A stretch of DNA of 32,000 bases from an uncultured Actinomycetes bacterium (lineage in GTDB: Bacteria > Actinomycetota > Actinomycetes > S36-B12 > CAIYMF01): NCBI GenBank assembly GCA_963843975.1, contig CAWJMG010000003.1:1080001-1112000 (forward strand). The letters are read 5' to 3'. The notes under the pieces were generated by a model. That model was not told the DNA's origin, did no database searches, and was given only the letters and a program-made list of their open reading frames with translations. Position numbers and translations under genes: made by a program. Each line of letters begins with the position of its first letter. Position 1 is the first letter of the stretch. Shown one piece after another: positions 24,716 through 32,000 of the stretch.

Positions 24716-26445
24716 GACTGGTCGCCCTTCGAGTCGGCGCCGACGAGCGCGTCCACGGCCCGGCCGTGGCCGTGGTGGTCAGCGAGCTCCGGGTGGTGCA
24801 GGTCGAACGCCGGCGACTCCGAGCGGATGACCGGGATCGAGGTGAAGTTGTGCCGCGGGGGCGGGCAGGAGGTCGCCCACTCGAGCGAGCGGCTCCAGCC
24901 CCACGGGTCGTCCTCGGTCACGTACGGCGCGGTGCGCGCGGTCTTCCACACGTTGTAGAAGAACGGCAGCATCGACACGGCCAGGATGGCCGACCCGACC
25001 GTGCTCACGACGTTGAGCGTCGTGAAGCCGTCCGAGGCGAGGTAGTCGGCGTACCGGCGCGGCATGCCCTCGGCGCCGAGCCAGTGCTGGACGAGGAACG
25101 TCGTGTGGAAGCCGATGAACAGCAGCCAGAAGTGCACCTTGCCGAGGCTCTCGTCGAGCATCTTGCCCGTCCACTTGGGCCACCAGAAGTAGAAGCCCGC
25201 GAACATGGCGAACACGACGGTGCCGAAGACGACGTAGTGGAAGTGGGCCACGACGAAGTACGAGTCGGAGACCTGGAAGTCGACCGGCGGGGCCGAGAGC
25301 AGGATGCCGGTGAGGCCGCCGAAGAGGAACGTGACGAGGAAGCCGAGGGTCCAGAGCATCGGTGTCTCGAAGCTCACCGACCCTCGCCACATCGTGCCGA
25401 TCCAGTTGAAGAACTTCACGCCGGTCGGGATGGCGATGAGCATCGTCATGAACGAGAAGAACGGCAGGTTGACCGCGCCGGTGACGTACATGTGGTGCGC
25501 CCACACCGCGACCGAGAGCGCGGCGATGGCCGCGGTCGCGAAGACGAGGCCCTTGTAGCCGAAGATCGGCTTGCGGCTGAAGACCGGCAGGATCTCCGAC
25601 GCGATGCCGAAGAACGGCAGCGCGAGGATGTAGACCTCTGGGTGGCCGAAGAACCAGAAGAGGTGCTGCCAGAGGATGGCGCCGCCGTTGGCCGCGTCGA
25701 ACACCTGGGCGCCGAACTTGCGGTCGGCCTCGAGCACCACGAACGCGGCCGCGAGCACCGGGAACGCCATCAGCACGAGGACGCTCGTGAAGAGCACGTT
25801 CCACGTGAAGATCGGCATGCGGAACATCGTCATGCCGGGCGCGCGCATGCAGAAGATCGTCGTGATGAAGTTGACCGCGCCGAGGATCGAGCCGAGGCCA
25901 CCGAGGGTGAAGCCCAGGATCCAGAGGTCGGAGCCGACGTTCGGCGAGTTGATCGCGTTCGACAGCGGCGTGTAGGCGAACCAGCCGAAGTCGGCCGCGC
26001 CGCCCGGGGTCAGGAAGCCGGCGCACACGATCACGCCGCCGACGACGAAGAACCAGAAGGCGAGGGCGTTCAGACGCGGGAACGCGACGTCCGGGGCGCC
26101 GATCTGCAGCGGCATGAGCGCGTTGGCGAAACCGGCGAACAGCGGCGTCGCGAACAGCAGCAGCATGATCGAGCCGTGCATCGTGAACAGCTGGTTGTAC
26201 TGCGCGTTGGACACGAACTGCAGGCCCGGCTGCGCCAGCTCGGCACGGATGACGAGCGCCATGACGCCGCCGAAGATGAAGAACGAGAACGAGACGATCA
26301 TGTACATGTAGCCGATGACCTTGTGGTCGGTGGAGGTGATCCACTTGACCAAGGTGCGGCCGAACTTGCGACGGGCGGGATCCGCCGTCGTCATGCCGTC
26401 GGGGTCAGGCTCGTTGACGACCGGGCGGTCGTTGAGCAGCGTCAC
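24712..26445 (-). CDS. ctaD: Cytochrome c oxidase (aa3) subunit I
   Basis: Motifs are [43 protein letters not shown] and [11 protein letters not shown]. The start is probably GTG 26445 ([17 protein letters not shown].., where high GC3 begins). Alternatives are ATG 26394 and GTG 26478. Confidence 0.93.
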   Translation of the reverse strand: MTLLNDRPVVNEPDPDGMTTADPARRKFGRTLVKWITSTDHKVIGYMYMIVSFSFFIFGGVMALVIRAELAQPGLQFVSNAQYNQLFTMHGSIMLLLFATPLFAGFANALMPLQIGAPDVAFPRLNALAFWFFVVGGVIVCAGFLTPGGAADFGWFAYTPLSNAINSPNVGSDLWILGFTLGGLGSILGAVNFITTIFCMRAPGMTMFRMPIFTWNVLFTSVLVLMAFPVLAAAFVVLEADRKFGAQVFDAANGGAILWQHLFWFFGHPEVYILALPFFGIASEILPVFSRKPIFGYKGLVFATAAIAALSVAVWAHHMYVTGAVNLPFFSFMTMLIAIPTGVKFFNWIGTMWRGSVSFETPMLWTLGFLVTFLFGGLTGILLSAPPVDFQVSDSYFVVAHFHYVVFGTVVFAMFAGFYFWWPKWTGKMLDESLGKVHFWLLFIGFHTTFLVQHWLGAEGMPRRYADYLASDGFTTLNVVSTVGSAILAVSMLPFFYNVWKTARTAPYVTEDDPWGWSRSLEWATSCPPPRHNFTSIPVIRSESPAFDLHHPELADHHGHGRAVDALVGADSKGDQS

Positions 26446-27304
26446 GAAGAGCTCCCGGGGTTGCAGTGGCGATGTCACGACCGGTGTTGCCGCCGGCGTC
26501 GCCCGAGGTGACGATCCGACCGGTCTCGAGCTTTCCGGTCTGGCCGGCGGCCTTGAGCTGGGCGATGTGCGCGTCGTACTCGGCGCGCGACACGACGTGC
26601 ACGTTGAACAGCATCCGCGAGTGGTCGGTGCCGCAGAGCTCGGCGCACTTGCCGGCGAAGATGCCCGCCTTGTTCGGCGTGAGCTCGAACTCGTTCAGGC
26701 GACCCGGGACGACGTCCATCTTGAACAGGAACTGCGGGACCCAGAACGAGTGGATGACGTCCGGGGAGGTCAGCTGGAAGCGGGTGCGCTCGTCGACGGG
26801 GAGCCAGAGGTCGGCCGGCTTGGCGGGCGTGCCGACGTCGTACGCGCCCTCCTCGTAGTTGAAGCCCCAGTTCCACTTGAACCCGACGACGCCGACGGTG
26901 TTCTGCGGGTCGGCCGTGAGCTTGGTGACGTAGGCCTGGTCGCGCGCCGTCACCACGAACAGCGCGGCGATCATCACGGCCGGCGCGACGGTGTAGAGGA
27001 TCTCCAGCGGCGCGTTGTACCGCGTCTGCACCGGAGCACCGGAGTTGGCCCGCTTCCGGTAGGCGATGATCGCCCAGAAGATCAGACCCCAGGTCAGGAC
27101 GCCGACCGCGAAGGCCGCGATCCAGGCGTTCTGCCAGAACGAGAGCAGGACGGGGCCCTGCTCCGTGGCCGGCTCGGGGTAGCCGAGACGACCCCATTCG
27201 GTGTCGGCGGAGCACCCTGCGGTGCCGGCCAGCACGAGGGCCGCGCCAGCGGCCAGTGCGACGCGGCGAGCCCGCGAGGGGCGCTGCGAGCGGGTCGAGC
27301 GCAC
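26405..27304 (-). CDS. ctaC: Cytochrome c oxidase (aa3) subunit II
   Basis: GTG 27304 is the start. The lipoprotein-type signal is [15 protein letters not shown], followed by two TM helices. The CuA site reads [31 protein letters not shown]. The last ~14 codons lose the GC3 bias and overlap the likely ctaD start (see findings). Confidence 0.9.
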   Translation of the reverse strand: MRSTRSQRPSRARRVALAAGAALVLAGTAGCSADTEWGRLGYPEPATEQGPVLLSFWQNAWIAAFAVGVLTWGLIFWAIIAYRKRANSGAPVQTRYNAPLEILYTVAPAVMIAALFVVTARDQAYVTKLTADPQNTVGVVGFKWNWGFNYEEGAYDVGTPAKPADLWLPVDERTRFQLTSPDVIHSFWVPQFLFKMDVVPGRLNEFELTPNKAGIFAGKCAELCGTDHSRMLFNVHVVSRAEYDAHIAQLKAAGQTGKLETGRIVTSGDAGGNTGRDIATATPGALRDAAQRPPGRQRA

Positions 27305-27440
27305 GGATCGCCATCCCTTGGTGAGGTGGTGCCCCCGGAACGACAGCGGGCCGCCGGGTGGGGGCGGCTCGTGACGACCCGGGGACGGGTCTGACGTACG
27401 CGCCGAGACTAGCGCAGCAAGGGTCCCCCGACCTGTCGGG

Positions 27441-28682
27441 GTGGGGCATTACCGTCAGGGCGTGGCGCAGCATCTGACCAGCGACGATGCCGCCCGGCGT
27501 GGTGCGTCCGACGGTGTGAGGCAAGCCTCACCGAAGAACTCGGCCGAAGCGCCCGGCGGCTTCCTCGACGCCGCCTCCGGAGGGCCCCTCCGGGCCTCGG
27601 CCCGGGCCGCCCTCGACGCCGCGCTCGACCAGGGCTGGGCCGACCCGTCCCGCCGCTACCGCGACGCCCGCCGGGCCCGGCTGCTGCTCGACGCCGCTCG
27701 CGAGTCCGTTGCAGCCCGCATCGGCGCACGTCCCGACGAGGTCTCCTTCACGGCGTCCGGCACGCAGGCCGTTCACCTCGCCGTCGCCGGGCTCGCCCGC
27801 GGCCGTCAGCGCACGGGCACCCGCATCGCGGCCTCGGCGGTGGAGCACTCGAGCGTGCTGCACGCGGCCCGGGCGTACGGCGATCCCGTCGCCGTCCCTG
27901 TCGACGCCCTCGGCCGGATCGACCTCGACGAGTTCGCGCACGTGGTCGGCGGCGACGGCGTGGCGCTCGCCGCGGTCCAGAGCGCCAACCACGAGGTGGG
28001 CACCCGCCAGCCCGTGGCCGCCGCGGCCGCGATCGCCGGTCAGCACGACGTCCCCCTGCTCGTGGACGCCGCCCAGTCCGTCGGCCGCGACCCCGTGCCC
28101 TCGGGGTGGTCGGTGCTCACCGCCAGCGCCCACAAGTGGGGCGGGCCGGCCGGGGTCGGCGTCCTCGCCGTCCGCACGGGGGTCCGCTGGCGCTCGCCGT
28201 CGCCGGACGACCCGCGCGAGGGCGGCCGGGTGCCCGGCTTCGTCGCCGTGCCGCTGGCCGTGGCCGCTGCCGCGGCTCTCGAGGAGGCCGAGGCCGAGCG
28301 CGCGGCCGAGTCCGCACGCCTCTCGGCCCTGGTCGACCGGATCCGTGCGCGCGTCCCGGAGGTCGTGCCCGACGTCGTCGTGCTCGGGGACCCCGTCGAC
28401 CGTCTCCCCCACGTCGTGACGTTCTCCTGCCTCTACACCGACGGCGAGACGCTGCTCGACCTGCTCGACGCCGAGGGCTTCGCCGCGTCGTCAGGCTCGT
28501 CCTGCGTCGCCGACGCCCTCGAGCCGAGCCACGTCCTCGCCGCCATGGGCGCGCTGACGCAGGGCAACCTGCGCGTGTCGCTGCCGTCCGGGGTCCGGGA
28601 GGACGACGTCGACCGCTTCCTCGCCGTCCTGCCCGGAGTCGTCGCGCGCGTCCGTGCGACGCTGGACGCAGAAGGGCTGTGA
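27441..28682 (+). CDS. Cysteine desulfurase family protein (class V aminotransferase, NifS/IscS-like)
   Basis: The PLP-lysine motif is LTASAHKWGGPAGVGVL. The catalytic-Cys loop is ASSGSSCVADALEPSHVLAAMG, and the N-terminal region reads GGFLDAASGGPL. The start is uncertain (GTG 27441, 27462 or 27516, all in frame). Confidence 0.85.
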   Translation: MGHYRQGVAQHLTSDDAARRGASDGVRQASPKNSAEAPGGFLDAASGGPLRASARAALDAALDQGWADPSRRYRDARRARLLLDAARESVAARIGARPDEVSFTASGTQAVHLAVAGLARGRQRTGTRIAASAVEHSSVLHAARAYGDPVAVPVDALGRIDLDEFAHVVGGDGVALAAVQSANHEVGTRQPVAAAAAIAGQHDVPLLVDAAQSVGRDPVPSGWSVLTASAHKWGGPAGVGVLAVRTGVRWRSPSPDDPREGGRVPGFVAVPLAVAAAAALEEAEAERAAESARLSALVDRIRARVPEVVPDVVVLGDPVDRLPHVVTFSCLYTDGETLLDLLDAEGFAASSGSSCVADALEPSHVLAAMGALTQGNLRVSLPSGVREDDVDRFLAVLPGVVARVRATLDAEGL

Positions 28683-28688
28683 GCTGAG

Positions 28689-28958
28689 ATGAGCGAGACC
28701 GAGACGCCGGCGTACGACCGTCTGGTCGACGAGCGCGGCAGCCGATGCCCGAAGCCGATCATCTCCCTCGCGCGGATGGCGAGCGTGCACCCCGACGCAC
28801 GGATCCTGCTGCTCGCCGACGACGCGGCCGCCGACACCGACGTCCCCGCCTGGTGCGGCTTCCGCAGCCGCACCGTCGCGTGGGTGGGCCCGGCGCCGGA
28901 CGGCCGCGGCCGCGGCTACCTGGTGGTGCCCCTCGACGCGGAGCCCGCCGACTCCTAG
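28689..28958 (+). CDS. TusA-like sulfurtransferase / sulfur carrier protein
   Basis: This 89-aa ORF has the TusA motif RGSRCPKPIISL. It starts 6 nt after the cysteine desulfurase stop. Confidence 0.75.
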   Translation: MSETETPAYDRLVDERGSRCPKPIISLARMASVHPDARILLLADDAAADTDVPAWCGFRSRTVAWVGPAPDGRGRGYLVVPLDAEPADS

Positions 28959-28971
28959 CGCCTCGCCGCGG

Positions 28972-30722
<1,751 letters not shown>

Positions 30723-30826
30723 TTAACCGCCCGACGGAACCGGCACGCGGTGACCGGCGTCACAGGGGCGTACGGGACCGGGAGACGCCCGAGGACGATG
30801 ATCGGGCACGGCAGGGAGGTTCGACC

Positions 30827-32000
30827 ATGACCACCAGCACGGAGACCCGCAAGACAGCACGGACGACTCGCACGTCGCTGGCCGCCGGCGGCGTCGTCGC
30901 GGTGCTCGCCCTCGCGGGCTGCGGCACCCAGGTGGCGAGCGACAGCTCCGGCCTTGCCCCCCTGCGCATCGGCCAGGCCTCGATGGCCGGCGCACCCGCA
31001 GCCGGAGCGGACTCGGCCGGCGGCAAGATCGCCGCGGGCTGGACGCTCGACGGCACGCTCCCCACCGGCCCCGGGACCGGACCGGTCCTGCGGTTCACGG
31101 GGGCCCCCGGCGAGGACGACGTCCGCGCCCTCGCGGCCGCGCTCGGGCTCACCGCAGCGCCCGACAAGCACGCGCACGGCTGGGTCGTCGACGGTGCCGC
31201 GGGCGAGCCTCCGCGTCCGCAGCGACGCCGCCGGCCAGTGGTCCTTCTCGCGCAGCACCGACTGCCCGTCGTACTTCGTCGACGTCGACCGCACCGACGG
31301 CAGCACCGGGGTGTCGTGCGCCGTCGGCGGCGAACCGGTGTCGGTGACCGTTCCGCTGCCCCCCGACGCGCCGTCCGACGCACCCACCGCGAACGACCTG
31401 CCCCTCGTCAGCGACGACGCCGCACTGGCTGCGGCGGAGCCGGTGCTCACGGCAGCCGGTGTCGACGCCCAGCCGAGGGTCTACGGCGGAGCATCCGGCC
31501 AGAGCGGCACCGTGGCCATGGTGGTCGGCGACCCGACCGTGGCCGGCCTCCCCACCGCCGGCCTGCGCACGGTGGTCGACGTCGACACGACCGGAGTCCT
31601 CGGCGCGACCGGGTGGCTCGGCGACCTCACGGCCGACGGCGACTACCCCGTGATCAGCGCGCAGAAGGCGTTCGACCGGCTCGACCAGCTGCCGCGGGCG
31701 CTGGCCGCCATCGCCTGCCCCGAGATCGCGCCCGGCCCCCTGGAGTCCCCCGGCGACGACCCGAAGCCCATCCCGTGCCCGACTCCCGAGCCGATGGCCG
31801 TCACCGGCGCCGCCTTCGGGCTGACGCTCTCGTGGGAGGGCATGACGCCGATCCTCGTGCCGGCGTGGCTGTTCCAGGTGGCCGGGTGGGACGACCCGCT
31901 CGTGCAGGTCGCCGTCGCCGACGAGTACCTGGCCGACCCGACGCCGGCACCCGAGCCGAGTGCGGGCACCGGAGGCGGCAGCGCCATCCCGCCGAACCCG
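30827..32000 (+). pseudogene. Conserved-looking lipoprotein of unknown function; apparent +1 nt frameshift near 31208; 3' end beyond window
   Basis: ATG 30827 has a GGGAGG SD 7 nt upstream. The signal/lipobox is TSLAAGGVVAVLALAGC. The first frame is sensible up to ..HGWVVDGAAGE and then becomes Arg-rich junk. The +1 frame from 31209 reads LRVRSDAAGQWSFSRSTDCPSYFVDVDRTDG.. with high GC3 to the window end. Neither frame is in the ORF track because both run off the window. Confidence 0.6.

Overview
The window is a very GC-rich (strong third-codon-position G/C bias) actinobacterial chromosomal segment. It is densely packed with conserved core genes, and I see no mobile elements, tRNA/rRNA genes or CRISPR arrays. 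All product calls rest on motif recognition only; no searches were run.

Gene content, left to right:
- The end of a Tad/Flp pilus locus (tadB, tadC).
- A RecA-superfamily (DnaB-C/KaiC-like) ATPase divergent from a GAF-type histidine kinase, a NarL/LuxR response regulator and a stand-alone flp pilin gene.
- A large polytopic membrane protein.
- A minus-strand envelope operon (RipC-like NlpC/P60 hydrolase, HExxH lipoprotein, M48 protease) preceded by what reads as a ydaO-type cyclic-di-AMP riboswitch.
- Two small CxxC proteins flanking a family III CoA-transferase.
- A DEDDh-exonuclease/GIY-YIG fusion and a RAM-domain Lrp/AsnC protein.
- trpD, an AGE-family epimerase and a degenerate receiver protein.
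- The respiratory block ctaE-qcrCAB, an L,D-transpeptidase and ctaC-ctaD-ctaF.
- A cysteine desulfurase/TusA pair, aat, an AdoK-like PfkB kinase and a lipoprotein running off the right edge.

The order from the NlpC/P60 gene to the PfkB kinase parallels the Mycobacterium tuberculosis Rv2190c-Rv2202c neighbourhood as I remember it, so most of this is ordinary core genome.

Things worth a second look:
- The riboswitch and the operon it may control.
- The signalling module wedged between tadBC and flp, together with repeat-rich flp upstream DNA, an unusual Cys pair in the pilin and the adjacent GT-C-like membrane protein.
- Four clear single-nucleotide frame disruptions in otherwise well-conserved genes, plus one possible one at the ctaC/ctaD junction. 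These point either to assembly indels or to real pseudogenisation.

I did not find convincing evidence of a self-contained novel system such as a defence island. The Tad-linked regulatory module is the best candidate.
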